A stretch of DNA of 42,634 nt from Candidatus Micrarchaeota archaeon (GCA_003660975.1 QMVG01000007.1:1-42634), one strand, 5' to 3'; positions 1 to 9,658 are shown, numbered from the stretch's first letter. Numbers and translations are program-made. Notes: a model not told the origin generated them from the letters alone.

Positions 1-2
1 TC

Positions 3-194
3 AATATTCTTCTCCAAACTAAACCAGCCATTGAAGAACATAAAAATAAAATTAAAAAATTATTTAAAAAAAATGAAAGTAAACTAAAAGTTATATCATC
101 CGATCAAATAATAAAGGAATTTAAGCAATTTTTAAAAGGAAAATCTTCATACGAGGAAACTTTATTTAAATTATACTATTCAAAGTCTGCTTAA
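3..194 (+). CDS. 3' end of a hypothetical protein (partial, runs off window start), AT-rich
   Basis: Open frame from base 3 (NILLQTKPAIEEHKNK...LYYSKSA) to TAA at 192-194; absent from the ORF track. Confidence 0.6.
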   Translation, partial: NILLQTKPAIEEHKNKIKKLFKKNESKLKVISSDQIIKEFKQFLKGKSSYEETLFKLYYSKSA

Positions 195-249
195 TTCCTT
201 ATTTTCCTTTAATTTTTCCCTTAACTTTCTTTTCCCTTGATTGAACTCC

Positions 250-717
250 CTAATTCTCTACAATTACTTGTGTTTGAACAAGGGCCATCCAAGGGCTTGA
301 TTCTGGAGCTCCCTCATAAGTCGCTGACACGCCTATCCCGTAAACGCCGTTTTCTACCTTTGTCGTGTCCAACAAAATTTCCTGGCCGTTAGATGGATTG
401 TCCACCCATTGAATTATAACATTGGGGTTGCTGTAAGGATCGCCGTTAAATCCCTGTGGAGCCAGGGAAACCAGTATTTTCGTGGCCTCACTTGGAATGC
501 TCTCTAAAGTCACTGTCACTATACCACTTATCTTTTTGCCTTCTGTTGGTGATATCTTTACTTTAAGGCCATTGTCCTCTAGATTGATTTCTGTTTTTGT
601 CTGCTGCATCTCCTGATTCTGTGTTGTCTCTCCACCTTGCTGAACGCAACCGCTTATGAAAACTATCCCAACTATCGTTAACAACAGAACTGCAATGCTG
701 CTATATTTGGACGCCAT
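250..717 (-). CDS. Putative archaeal lipoprotein with beta-rich (Ig-like) domain
   Basis: Hydrophobic signal ending in lipobox-like FISGC, Q/T-rich linker, beta-strand-like C-terminal region. Confidence 0.65.
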   Translation of the reverse strand: MASKYSSIAVLLLTIVGIVFISGCVQQGGETTQNQEMQQTKTEINLEDNGLKVKISPTEGKKISGIVTVTLESIPSEATKILVSLAPQGFNGDPYSNPNVIIQWVDNPSNGQEILLDTTKVENGVYGIGVSATYEGAPESSPWMALVQTQVIVEN

Positions 718-829
718 GAATTAGGTTAAAAACTAATTCTTTAAAAATATTTCGTTTTAATCGAGAGCAGCGTATGCCATATAAAATGTGCTGTTAAATT
801 AATAAATCAAAAACTACAAAAACATAAGC

Positions 830-1762
830 ATGGCAACATCCTTATTCTATGACGCTGAAAGAAAAAAGAGAAGAATCGCTAGAGGATACAATAAGCATAG
901 GTCTGGCTTTTCATGGACCCATTTCAGCAGTAAGGAAGAGGACTCATTGGATAAGCTTATGGAAGAGCTGGGCAGAGACGCTGAATTTAAAGCAGACCTG
1001 ATAGAGGAGCAGAGGCCTAGGTTCAACATATTTAAAGACTTCTACGTGCTTATTCTTGGCATCCCAAGCAGTAAAACAATAACATCCGAAAAGGATGACT
1101 ATGACATGGAGCAGTTAGCCATTGTAATTAAAAGAGACAGGATTGTGAGCATCTCAAGGAAAAAAATGCCTTTGATAAGAAAAGTAATGTTTAAACTGAG
1201 CAAGAAAAAGAGAAGATTAAGCAGTAGTTATGTTCTTTCAATGCTTTTGGAAGAGATTACTGAAAACATAATAAAGACCATTGAATCCTATGAGGACATA
1301 ATTGAGAGCGTTGAAAACAGCATAATGAAAGGGAAGGTTGAGAGGGATGTGCTTCTGAAAGTAAACAGCATGAAGGAGAATGCATTCCATATCTCAAAGG
1401 TGCTAAAAGCAAATTACCAGTCAATTGTCAGGCTAGAAAATGCTCTGAAGAAGTGGGGCGGATATGAATTTAACGTAAACATAAAAGACAGGGTTCTTTA
1501 TGCCCTTGACAATGTAGAAACAATAAGAGAGTCTCTTAGGGGAATAACAAATCTTTACATTGGAATCATGTCGCACAGGATGAATGAGAACGTGTATAAG
1601 CTGACAATAATAGGTACTGCTTTTCTTATCCCTATGCTGATAGCAGCTTTTTATGGCATGAATGTTCCACTGCCTAAATTAACTTTTTGGCAGCTGGTCT
1701 TTATAAGTTTCACAACAGCATCGCTAATACTGGCCATAATGAAGGCCAAGAAATGGATTTAG
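830..1762 (+). CDS. corA: CorA-family Mg2+/Co2+ transporter
   Basis: Large soluble N-domain, C-terminal TM helices with YGMN signature (AFYGMNVPLP). Confidence 0.9.
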   Translation: MATSLFYDAERKKRRIARGYNKHRSGFSWTHFSSKEEDSLDKLMEELGRDAEFKADLIEEQRPRFNIFKDFYVLILGIPSSKTITSEKDDYDMEQLAIVIKRDRIVSISRKKMPLIRKVMFKLSKKKRRLSSSYVLSMLLEEITENIIKTIESYEDIIESVENSIMKGKVERDVLLKVNSMKENAFHISKVLKANYQSIVRLENALKKWGGYEFNVNIKDRVLYALDNVETIRESLRGITNLYIGIMSHRMNENVYKLTIIGTAFLIPMLIAAFYGMNVPLPKLTFWQLVFISFTTASLILAIMKAKKWI

Positions 1763-1769
1763 GACCAAT

Positions 1770-1964
1770 TTACTTTAAGCTTTCATCAATACTCCCATCA
1801 GGCAACATATTGTCTGGATGGTACTCTCCCTTTTCCTCCATTTGGTATCTCTTGCATTTTCTAAAGTCTCCAAAGCAGTAGTCCTCTATCCAATGCTTGT
1901 CTATTTTTCCTTCTTCATAGAACCTTTTCATTGGACATACTGAATACCACTTGCACAGCATCAC
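1770..1964 (-). CDS. Small Cys-rich protein (CKWxxxCP...YC...CKRY...HPDNMLPDG)
   Basis: 4 Cys, protein-like composition, start overlaps the stop of the upstream SdpI-like gene. Confidence 0.7.
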   Translation of the reverse strand: MMLCKWYSVCPMKRFYEEGKIDKHWIEDYCFGDFRKCKRYQMEEKGEYHPDNMLPDGSIDESLK

Positions 1965-2587
1965 AAACGCCTGAACAACAGATAAGAGTAAATCACAAGA
2001 TAAAAGGCAACAAGAAAAACAGATGCAATTATGAAATAGAAGGCATAATTAACGAAGATTATGCTGATTACTGTGACAAAGGCCATGGCTTTGAAAAGCT
2101 TCCCTCCCCTCTTATGTGTTTCTTTCCAAACCTTGTCATTGGACAGTGTCCATGGTGTCCTTATGCCGACAAACCAATTTCTTTTTGAGTGTTGTAGTAC
2201 CTCTCCCATGAAATAGAAAAGCAAAGACAGGGCTGGAAGAACAATGTAAGTTATTCTAACATCAACAAAATTGGCGAATACAATTATAATCTGCATGTAA
2301 AGCAAAAACAAAATAATCAATTTTACAAGCATCTTGTAATAGCTCTCGAATTTCTTATAGTTCTTCGCAAGAGGGTCTATTGCTGGCAAGATGTAAAAAA
2401 GCAAAAGCAGGAACAATGAAAGAGAGGGTATCAAAAAAAGGCTGGGAAATTTAGGCATGTATGAGTCCACATTTCCGTAAGCGTCCCAATGCATTGGAAT
2501 TTTTTCAGGCAGAATGGGAAGGAAAACAAGAGATAACAAAAACATAAGTGCAACTGCCACCAGGCCTGTTTTTGACAAATATTTCAT
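1961..2587 (-). CDS. SdpI/DUF1648 family membrane (immunity-type) protein
   Basis: LPEKIPMHW...G.VD (DUF1648) and NWFVGIRTPWTL...W..TH (SdpI) motifs; ATG at 2587 preferred over TTG at 2605. Confidence 0.88.
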   Translation of the reverse strand: MKYLSKTGLVAVALMFLLSLVFLPILPEKIPMHWDAYGNVDSYMPKFPSLFLIPSLSLFLLLLFYILPAIDPLAKNYKKFESYYKMLVKLIILFLLYMQIIIVFANFVDVRITYIVLPALSLLFYFMGEVLQHSKRNWFVGIRTPWTLSNDKVWKETHKRGGKLFKAMAFVTVISIIFVNYAFYFIIASVFLVAFYLVIYSYLLFRRL

Positions 2588-2637
2588 ACAGAAGATATTA
2601 AGCAAAACTTATTAAAATAACCTGCCTTTAAGAGAGC

Positions 2638-3915
2638 ATGGCAAAGCTAAAGCGGAGCTTAAATTTTACAGAAGTAACCTTAACAGGTGTCGGCATCATA
2701 CTCGGGGCTGGCATATATGCTCTGATAGGCCAAGGAGTTGCCTTAACTGGCAATTCTGTTTGGCTGGCTCTGCTTTTTGGCGGTATAATTGCAATGTTCA
2801 CAGGCATGAGCTATGCTGAGCTTTCTTCTATGTTTCCAGAAGCAGGGGCTGAATACGAATACGCTTCAGAAGCGTTTGGGAAGAGGTTGGCGCTGGCCTT
2901 GGCTTTGTTGATTGTCATTGGTGCAGGCATATCTGGCTCGGTTGTTGCATTGGGCTTTGGGGGATACCTCAGCCATTTTGTGAATATTCCTATGCAACTC
3001 TCTGCTTTGTTGCTGATAGTTGCAAGTACTGGAGTCCTATTATATGGAGTAAAAGAATCTGCATGGCTTGGCATAATATTTACCATCATAGAGGCTTTAG
3101 GCCTATTTATCATAATCGCAATAGGCATTCCTCACCTTGGTGGAGTTGATTATTTTGAGATGCCGCATGGACTTACAGGCTTATTGAGCGCTACTGCCCT
3201 GATGTTCTTTGCTTTTGTGGGCTTTGGGGACATATGCAAGCTCAGTGAAGAAACAAAAAAGGCCAAAAAGATAATTCCCATAGCAACCATCTCTGCTATT
3301 GCTATAAGCACTCTGTTGTATGTGCTAGTGGGCCTTGCCGTTATCTCAATACTGCCATGGCAGGAGCTTGCTTCATCTGACGCACCAGTGGCAGTTGTGG
3401 CTCAGCATGTCTTAGGAAGCAAAGGAGGGACCACGCTTGCTATGATTGCTCTGTTCTCTACATCAAACACATTGCTGCTGTTTCTCTTAGCAACCTCAAG
3501 ACTAATGTATGGAGTTGCTGAAAAAATAAAGAAAATATCCAAACTGGCATGGGTACACCCAAGGTTCAGAACGCCGTGGTATGCTATTCTCTTTGTAAGC
3601 ACTGTCTCGGCTGTCTTTATATTTGCTGGCAGTATACGGGAAGTGGCTTTTATAGGGAATTTTAGCATATTTGTAACTTATATTGTTGTGAACGCTGCGA
3701 ACATATACATAAGAGTGAAGATGCCAAAAATCAAAAGAGGTTTCAGAGCGGGCCCATCTTTCCACAGGCTCCCAGTAATATCTGTGCTTGGCCTGCTTTC
3801 CAGCGTATTCTTGCTGCTAAACTTGTCAAAGGATGCAATAATATACGGCTCTGCAATCACTTTGCTATCCCTTGCGCTGTCTTACTTGCTGGTCAAGCCT
3901 TCAGCCAAAAAATGA
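2638..3915 (+). CDS. APC-family amino acid permease
   Basis: LKRSL...GIILGAGIY, SYAELSSMFPEAG, FFAFVGF, SRLMY, HPRFRTP motifs; multiple TM segments. Confidence 0.92.
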   Translation: MAKLKRSLNFTEVTLTGVGIILGAGIYALIGQGVALTGNSVWLALLFGGIIAMFTGMSYAELSSMFPEAGAEYEYASEAFGKRLALALALLIVIGAGISGSVVALGFGGYLSHFVNIPMQLSALLLIVASTGVLLYGVKESAWLGIIFTIIEALGLFIIIAIGIPHLGGVDYFEMPHGLTGLLSATALMFFAFVGFGDICKLSEETKKAKKIIPIATISAIAISTLLYVLVGLAVISILPWQELASSDAPVAVVAQHVLGSKGGTTLAMIALFSTSNTLLLFLLATSRLMYGVAEKIKKISKLAWVHPRFRTPWYAILFVSTVSAVFIFAGSIREVAFIGNFSIFVTYIVVNAANIYIRVKMPKIKRGFRAGPSFHRLPVISVLGLLSSVFLLLNLSKDAIIYGSAITLLSLALSYLLVKPSAKK

Positions 3916-4431
3916 AAAGAGCATTCTCTTAAACACGTCAACGAAAGCAAGCACAGGATTACTGAACTTTTTCGCGACGTTTAAGACCAATCTTTTCTGC
4001 GGCTCTACTGTTATCAGGCCAGCCTCTTTGGCACTGAGCACCGCTGTGATTGGGTCCTCGCCGTTCTTTATGTCTTTTAGTATCTGCTTGACACTATTGA
4101 CATTTGTTTTTATCAGCAGCGAAGGGTAACGGAAAGCATCAGACCTTATGTCAGTTACTCTGCCTCCCTTGAACTCTATTGCCCCTGCTACCTGGTCATC
4201 AACAAGAACATTAATTTCATGGTCTCCCATTAGGGGGCCTAAAAAATAAGGCACATATGAGCCTATGCGCTTGTTTATCTCGCTTAGCTGATTCTTGGCC
4301 AGGGGAATTATTTCTCTTGCTTTCTGGACTATCTCAGCAGTTGTCATAGAATCTATATCCTGCGGGAAACTTATTGCCACGCAGACTGGCAATAACGCAA
4401 GCAGGAGAACAAATGGCAAAACCCTCTTCAT
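3901..4431 (-). CDS. Secreted hypothetical protein
   Basis: GGAGGT RBS before ATG 4431; signal peptide MKRVLPFVLLLALLPVCVA. Confidence 0.65.
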   Translation of the reverse strand: MKRVLPFVLLLALLPVCVAISFPQDIDSMTTAEIVQKAREIIPLAKNQLSEINKRIGSYVPYFLGPLMGDHEINVLVDDQVAGAIEFKGGRVTDIRSDAFRYPSLLIKTNVNSVKQILKDIKNGEDPITAVLSAKEAGLITVEPQKRLVLNVAKKFSNPVLAFVDVFKRMLFSFFG

Positions 4432-4442
4432 ATCAATACCTC

Positions 4443-5033
4443 CTATAACCTCCACATCAAGTTTTTGTAAACAAGCTTTAAGTTTTTAGCATCAGCAGGA
4501 AGCTCAAAAAGCAAAATTCCCTTTGCTGTCTCGCCTGTTAACAGGTGGCTGCTTTTTAATTCATCTGCTCCTTTCCTGTATGGTATGCGGTGGTAGTCAA
4601 AATTATTCTCGTCTTTCAGTATAAAGTCATTAACATCAAAGTCATATGCCTCCCTTGATGGATTCCAGACACTTATGAGCACAAAAACAAACACAGAGTT
4701 TTCCTGTGCGCTGTGATTTAGATAACCTTCTGAAGGGCTGAAATACATATACGACTTGGCCTGATTGGCATTCATCAGGGTTATGAATGCTCCATCGTCC
4801 TTATAGCCTATCCCAATGTCATTGCTCACATTGACTGTTTTATATTCTGTTGCAGCTGTGCCGATGATTTCGCTGGCTCTTTGCTGGAAAGCAATTGTAA
4901 AAACAAGCATGAAGACTACAAATACTATAAAGCCCAGTAAGAGTATATCAGAATAATCAAGGTCTCTTTTGAATACAACTTTTACTGGCTCTCCTTTGCT
5001 TCTTTTTCTCTTTTTACTTTTAGCTTTAGGCAT
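4443..5033 (-). CDS. Membrane-anchored DUF4352-like protein
   Basis: Basic N-tail, single TM, then V.N...DFILKDENN...L.TGETAKG.L.FELP...LKLVY pattern. Confidence 0.7.
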   Translation of the reverse strand: MPKAKSKKRKRSKGEPVKVVFKRDLDYSDILLLGFIVFVVFMLVFTIAFQQRASEIIGTAATEYKTVNVSNDIGIGYKDDGAFITLMNANQAKSYMYFSPSEGYLNHSAQENSVFVFVLISVWNPSREAYDFDVNDFILKDENNFDYHRIPYRKGADELKSSHLLTGETAKGILLFELPADAKNLKLVYKNLMWRL

Positions 5034-5135
5034 ATGTTGTTTAATACAAAGAGCATGAATATAAAGCTAACCTCAAAATGCCCACTTTGTTTGCATAGCC
5101 TTATTCCGATTAGAATTCAGGTAAAGAATAAAATT

Positions 5136-5405
5136 CTATACAGAATTCCTTTTGCTCTTGAGCTCTCTGAGTTTTCTTCTGTGGGAAGCCCACTCCTCGG
5201 CCATAAAGAAAAGGAAGATTAGGAAAATAAAGAGCGGAAGAAGGAATAGCAGGTACATAAAAGGGGAGGAAAGCTTTACAAAGAGAATAAGCACAACAGC
5301 AAAGAAAAATGCGGCAAAGGAGAAAATTAATGTCTGTTCTGAACTTTCTAACATACTCTCTACTTTCTTGATTTCCCTCTCAATTTCCTCCTCTATCCCT
5401 GCCAT
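5136..5405 (-). CDS. Small 2-TM membrane protein
   Basis: Charged N-helix, two hydrophobic segments, basic C-tail; 4 bp downstream of nth. Confidence 0.65.
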   Translation of the reverse strand: MAGIEEEIEREIKKVESMLESSEQTLIFSFAAFFFAVVLILFVKLSSPFMYLLFLLPLFIFLIFLFFMAEEWASHRRKLRELKSKRNSV

Positions 5406-5409
5406 AATA

Positions 5410-6087
5410 TTATTCTATTTTTGGATAATAAAGCTTTTTGCTTGGACAAATATCGCTAAGGGGGCATTTGAGACAGAGAGGTTTTCTGGCCTTGCATATG
5501 CTCTTGCCATGATTTATCAATAGGGTGTGGAAGATGGCCTGTTTACGCTGTGCAACTGTAGCTTCAAGAAGCTTCTGAACCTTTTCCCTGCTTGTTCCTT
5601 CCGGAACTATCCCTAACCTTGTTATCACTCTCTGAACATGAGTATCCACAGGAAATGATGGCTTCCCCAAAGAAAAAGCAAGAACTACACCAGCTGTTTT
5701 TGGGCCAATGCCTTTTATGGAAAGCAGCCAGGACCTGGCCTCTTCGTCTCTCATTTTCTTAAGAGGAGAAAGAGTAAAGTCAGCAAAATCCTCCTTCATT
5801 TTTCTCAAAGCGTTTTTTATGTACTTAGTTTTGCTTCTGTAAAGCCCACTTTCTTTCAGCAGCTCTTCAAGCTCTTTGTCTCTAGCAGCAAGTAATTCAT
5901 CCCATGACTTAAAGCGCTTTTTCAACTTAGCAAATGTTTTCAACGTGTTCACGTCTGTGTTGTTCTGTGAGATTATTGTCTGCACAAGCATATCCACAGG
6001 GCTCAAAGCAGGCAAGCCCATGTTTAAGCCAGCGTAAAAAGATTTCAGCCTTTTAAACACTTCATCAAGCTTCTCTGCATTTTTCAA
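5410..6087 (-). CDS. nth: Endonuclease III-family HhH-GPD DNA glycosylase with 4Fe-4S motif
   Basis: IISQNNTD, HhH LLSIKGIGPKTA, PVDTHV, C-terminal CKARKPLCLKCPLSDIC; TTG start with GGGGTG RBS. Confidence 0.9.
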   Translation of the reverse strand: MKNAEKLDEVFKRLKSFYAGLNMGLPALSPVDMLVQTIISQNNTDVNTLKTFAKLKKRFKSWDELLAARDKELEELLKESGLYRSKTKYIKNALRKMKEDFADFTLSPLKKMRDEEARSWLLSIKGIGPKTAGVVLAFSLGKPSFPVDTHVQRVITRLGIVPEGTSREKVQKLLEATVAQRKQAIFHTLLINHGKSICKARKPLCLKCPLSDICPSKKLYYPKIE

Positions 6088-6143
6088 GAAAACACCCCAT
6101 AAAGCTTTTTAAATAAAAGCTATTTATAGTTTTGGTGTTTTTC

Positions 6144-7085
6144 ATGAAAAAAACAAGGAACGCAAAAAGGACAAGACCTGTGCAAAAGAAGTCAAAAAGC
6201 AAGTCAAGAGCAGTGTACTTCGCGAGCGCTTTAATAGTTGGCATAATACTAGCCACTGCAAGTGTGAGCCCACGCGCAGTAGGCATTATGAAAAGACCAA
6301 GCTGTTCAATGATTGAGGACAGGCCTTGTTACCAGACCGTCTACACATTTAGGAGCGGAAGGAGCATAACACGTGTGTGGAGGAACACAAGGCATGCAGA
6401 GTGGTTTTGGCAGAGGTTCTGCGAGAACAAGAGGCTTGCAAAAATAAGTGAAAATGAAGAGGAAACAGTAATATGTCCTGAAAGCAAGGAGAAGGTTTAC
6501 GACTGCCAGATAGGAAGGTCAAAAAGGCTACACATCCTTAAATATGCTGGAGAATGTAAAGCAGTGGAGATAAATCCGCTAAAACCGCCTAAAGGAAGCT
6601 TATACAATCCAGGCGAGATAAGCATTGAGGGAAACGACAGCTCATCATTAGAAACTAACTGCAAGCCCAAGGCAAAGGAGCAACTTACTGCAATAGAGAG
6701 TTTAGCAAAAGCCCTTGATGAAGACAAAAAAGCAGATGTGTATACAGACCACGGCATAGATGAGGTAACCCATTGGTATTACACAGGAGAGCTTGGAGAT
6801 TACTATATAGATATCCACTTTTACGGGTATATGGACAACGGGGAAGAGCATCAATTCCAGGGAAAGTACACGCTTAGATACAAAGAGGGCACTAAGCAAA
6901 TAGAGAGGCATTACGAAGCTTACTACTGGGAGGACTTACCAAAAGGGGCTTTTTTCAAGGATTATGGCTATAAATTGTACAGCAGTTACAGCGATGGGGA
7001 GAAAAACGAATCATGCGAGTGCAAGGACTACACATTGGGGGACACACCAGCGCGTGTCGGCTGTGAGGGCATCTGCTGTCACTAA
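6144..7085 (+). CDS. Cys-rich membrane-anchored/exported hypothetical protein
   Basis: Long ORF with basic N-tail, hydrophobic segment and 12 Cys; GGTG RBS before ATG 6144. Confidence 0.65.
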   Translation: MKKTRNAKRTRPVQKKSKSKSRAVYFASALIVGIILATASVSPRAVGIMKRPSCSMIEDRPCYQTVYTFRSGRSITRVWRNTRHAEWFWQRFCENKRLAKISENEEETVICPESKEKVYDCQIGRSKRLHILKYAGECKAVEINPLKPPKGSLYNPGEISIEGNDSSSLETNCKPKAKEQLTAIESLAKALDEDKKADVYTDHGIDEVTHWYYTGELGDYYIDIHFYGYMDNGEEHQFQGKYTLRYKEGTKQIERHYEAYYWEDLPKGAFFKDYGYKLYSSYSDGEKNESCECKDYTLGDTPARVGCEGICCH

Positions 7086-7502
7086 TCACCACGGACTAGG
7101 TTCGTAGCTGAGCGAAATGTTAATTGATTTGTCTATTTGATATGAGGAAACACCAACATTTGCCAACTTGCCGTCCACGTAAAAAAGCCAGAACAAACCT
7201 TTTTCCTTATTTTCTTCAACCCCTCCTATTGATGTGATATAAGCACCCATGCCGGGATATGTTTTGTAGCGTAACTCGTCTACATTATCTCTTATGACAT
7301 CAAAGACTGTAGAACCCCTTTCAACAGAAATATTCTTAAAAATATCTTCTCCAGCCCCGTTAAATAAGATTTTTAGGTATACAGTTACATTTCCGCTTTC
7401 ATTATGGGTATTTACTCCTGTGTTTATTGGAAATATATAGAAAAAAAGAAGGGACAATATAACTATGCTAATGAGTAATATTTTGCCTTCCCAATGTTTC
7501 AA
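7086..7502 (-). CDS. Membrane-anchored DUF4430 (transcobalamin C-terminal-like) protein, putative cobalamin-binding
   Basis: N-terminal TM, GSTVFDV...GAYITSIGGVE...FWLFYVDG...VGVSSY motif; overlaps stop of upstream gene. Confidence 0.8.
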   Translation of the reverse strand: MKHWEGKILLISIVILSLLFFYIFPINTGVNTHNESGNVTVYLKILFNGAGEDIFKNISVERGSTVFDVIRDNVDELRYKTYPGMGAYITSIGGVEENKEKGLFWLFYVDGKLANVGVSSYQIDKSINISLSYEPSPW

Positions 7503-9658
7503 TAAAATCCCCTTCTATTTTTCATGAAAAACAGATATAAAAGAATAACAAGTACAACAGAAATTAAAATAAGAAGCAACTCAAATACGTGGAAATCAAT
7601 ACGTGCTGTTGCCATGGCTGTGATTGGCTTATTTTCAGCTTCCCTTGTCTTGCTTGCTTTACTTGTATTGTCTTTAGCTGTACGGCCTTTGCTACTTAGC
7701 CCTTCCCTGCCCTCATAAACAGAGTATGGGCTTTGGCCGCCTGCTGTTGCTTTTTCTCCTGTTCTTTCATTGAGTGTGGTATTGCTCGTGCTGTAACTTT
7801 CATTCTCAGAACTTGCGTTCAAAGAAGAGACATTAACAGCTGCATTTTCAGTTTTGTTCACACTCTCGTTTCCTTTGCTCTTGTTTTTGAATAGAGTTGG
7901 AGGTATATATGTATATCCGCCACCGCCGTACGAAGAACCTCCACTTCTCTTTTTTTCCAAGACAGTTGTGCTAGCTGAAGCCCTTGCAATGTTCCCAGCA
8001 AGGTCTTTGCACTCTCCGTAGACTCTCTTTTCGCCAGTGCCTGGGCTGAGAGTCCATGAGACATTAGTGGGGCTCTGCCATGAAGACCATGTGGAATTAT
8101 CATTACTATACCTACACTTGTAAGCCAGTTTTGCATCTGGCACTATGACAACAGAGTGTGAATATGCATCATCGTGTTTTAGGGAAAATGAAAAGTATGG
8201 TGCTCTGTTGTCAAAATGTCTATTTGTCAATGTCATCAATGCCAGAGCAGTATCCATGGCATTTGACTTGTTCTCTCTCTGATAGTTCCTGTTAAAGCCA
8301 AAGTCAGACATCTGGAGCTTTTTTAAACAAATTAATGCTTTGCTAACATTGCTTGAATTTCCATAGCCGTAACTTCTTAGAGCCATAACAGCAAATGCTG
8401 TTACTCTCGGATCATCCGGGCTGCTCTGGTTTTCATCATAAGACCAACAACCATTGCTTCTCTGGACGGACAGGATATATGACAAAGCCCTTGAACTGTT
8501 GCTGTCGTTCACATTCTGCATAGCAAAAGCGAGAAGAGATTCTGCAGTAAATTCAATGGGCTTAGGCTTGCACAAAGAACAGCCAGGAACTATATATGGT
8601 GTGCTTCCGTTGGGCATCTGAGAATTCCTTATGAACTGCGTTGCGTTTGTTTGGATATTTTTCATAGATAGCGCCATAACAACCCAGTCTGTTGAATCTA
8701 TGTCTGTAGAGCCAAAGAAACCAAAGCCGGTGTTGTTAGCTTGTTGGGAGAGAATGTAATCTATAGGAGTATCTCCACTGCTGTTCTGGATATGTGAAAC
8801 ATTAAAGCCCACATGCTCAAGAGCCAAGACATATGCAGATGTTGTCAAAATATCAACGCCCCAGCCAGATGACCAACCTGGTCCTGGATTGCTAAGCACG
8901 CATGAATTATTAGCATATCTTATTGACTCATTTGCTAAAATGCCTGCATCATACATGCCCATCATTCCAAAAGGGTGATTCCAAGCAGCAAATCCACCAA
9001 TCTTGCCACTACTTGCATTAAGATTGTATAAAAGCCAAGACATAAGCTCTTTTGTCATGTTTTGTTTGTCAAGCACGCGTACTGTGCTTATCAAATTCCA
9101 ATTTGAGTCATAAGTTGCATTTACTGTGAAATTAACGTAATGCCTTGCCTTTAATGTGTATCTGCCAGAAGCCAAGTGTAAAGAGACATTGAGCTCTCCA
9201 TTAGAATCTGTGTTTCCTATGCTAACGTTGCTTCTGCAATCCGTAAAATTACACAGTATTATGCTAACATTTGCGATGCCTGAATTGTTCTCATAGCTAA
9301 CATTAACGTAAAGTCCTGTTGAGTCTGGCATATATCTTAGCTCTATCGTGTCATTGCCTTGTAAAATATATGAGCTTACACCTACCATTGATAGACTCCC
9401 ATTAACGTAAAAAGCCCAATAGTCATTGCCCCTTGGAGCAACCCCGTTAACAGCTGTTATGTTATATCCAGCTCCAGAGGAATAATAAGAAAGGCTCAAG
9501 GTTGAATTAAAAGCGTCAAATGCTGTCTGATTTGAAGACGCATTGAAACTAGTGTTCACATCTGACCCCAAGAAAGTGGGAAAGTCAGCCACAACACTTA
9601 CATTAAAAGCAAATGCAACGTGCATAGCTAAAGCTAAGAGTATCACAAATCTCCTCAT
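7499..9658 (-). CDS. Surface glycoprotein: DUF4430 + Ig-like + prenyltransferase-like alpha/alpha barrel + Ig-like + linker + C-terminal TM; putative cobalamin receptor
   Basis: Signal peptide; TAFDA..ITAVNGV..YWAFYVNG..VGVSSY; repeats such as ALSYILSVQRSNGCW and LKKLQMSDFGF; C-terminal TM with basic tail; dense N-x-S/T. Confidence 0.75.
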   Translation of the reverse strand: MRRFVILLALAMHVAFAFNVSVVADFPTFLGSDVNTSFNASSNQTAFDAFNSTLSLSYYSSGAGYNITAVNGVAPRGNDYWAFYVNGSLSMVGVSSYILQGNDTIELRYMPDSTGLYVNVSYENNSGIANVSIILCNFTDCRSNVSIGNTDSNGELNVSLHLASGRYTLKARHYVNFTVNATYDSNWNLISTVRVLDKQNMTKELMSWLLYNLNASSGKIGGFAAWNHPFGMMGMYDAGILANESIRYANNSCVLSNPGPGWSSGWGVDILTTSAYVLALEHVGFNVSHIQNSSGDTPIDYILSQQANNTGFGFFGSTDIDSTDWVVMALSMKNIQTNATQFIRNSQMPNGSTPYIVPGCSLCKPKPIEFTAESLLAFAMQNVNDSNSSRALSYILSVQRSNGCWSYDENQSSPDDPRVTAFAVMALRSYGYGNSSNVSKALICLKKLQMSDFGFNRNYQRENKSNAMDTALALMTLTNRHFDNRAPYFSFSLKHDDAYSHSVVIVPDAKLAYKCRYSNDNSTWSSWQSPTNVSWTLSPGTGEKRVYGECKDLAGNIARASASTTVLEKKRSGGSSYGGGGYTYIPPTLFKNKSKGNESVNKTENAAVNVSSLNASSENESYSTSNTTLNERTGEKATAGGQSPYSVYEGREGLSSKGRTAKDNTSKASKTREAENKPITAMATARIDFHVFELLLILISVVLVILLYLFFMKNRRGFY

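Noticed and set aside
1770-1964. Calling the 64-aa protein a uracil-DNA glycosylase (a label I recall on similar small proteins)
   Set aside because: Far too short and lacks UDG catalytic motifs
7499-9658. Squalene-hopene cyclase or prenyltransferase enzyme
   Set aside because: Secreted and TM-anchored, no DxDD motif, fused to DUF4430 in a B12 operon; a binding role fits better
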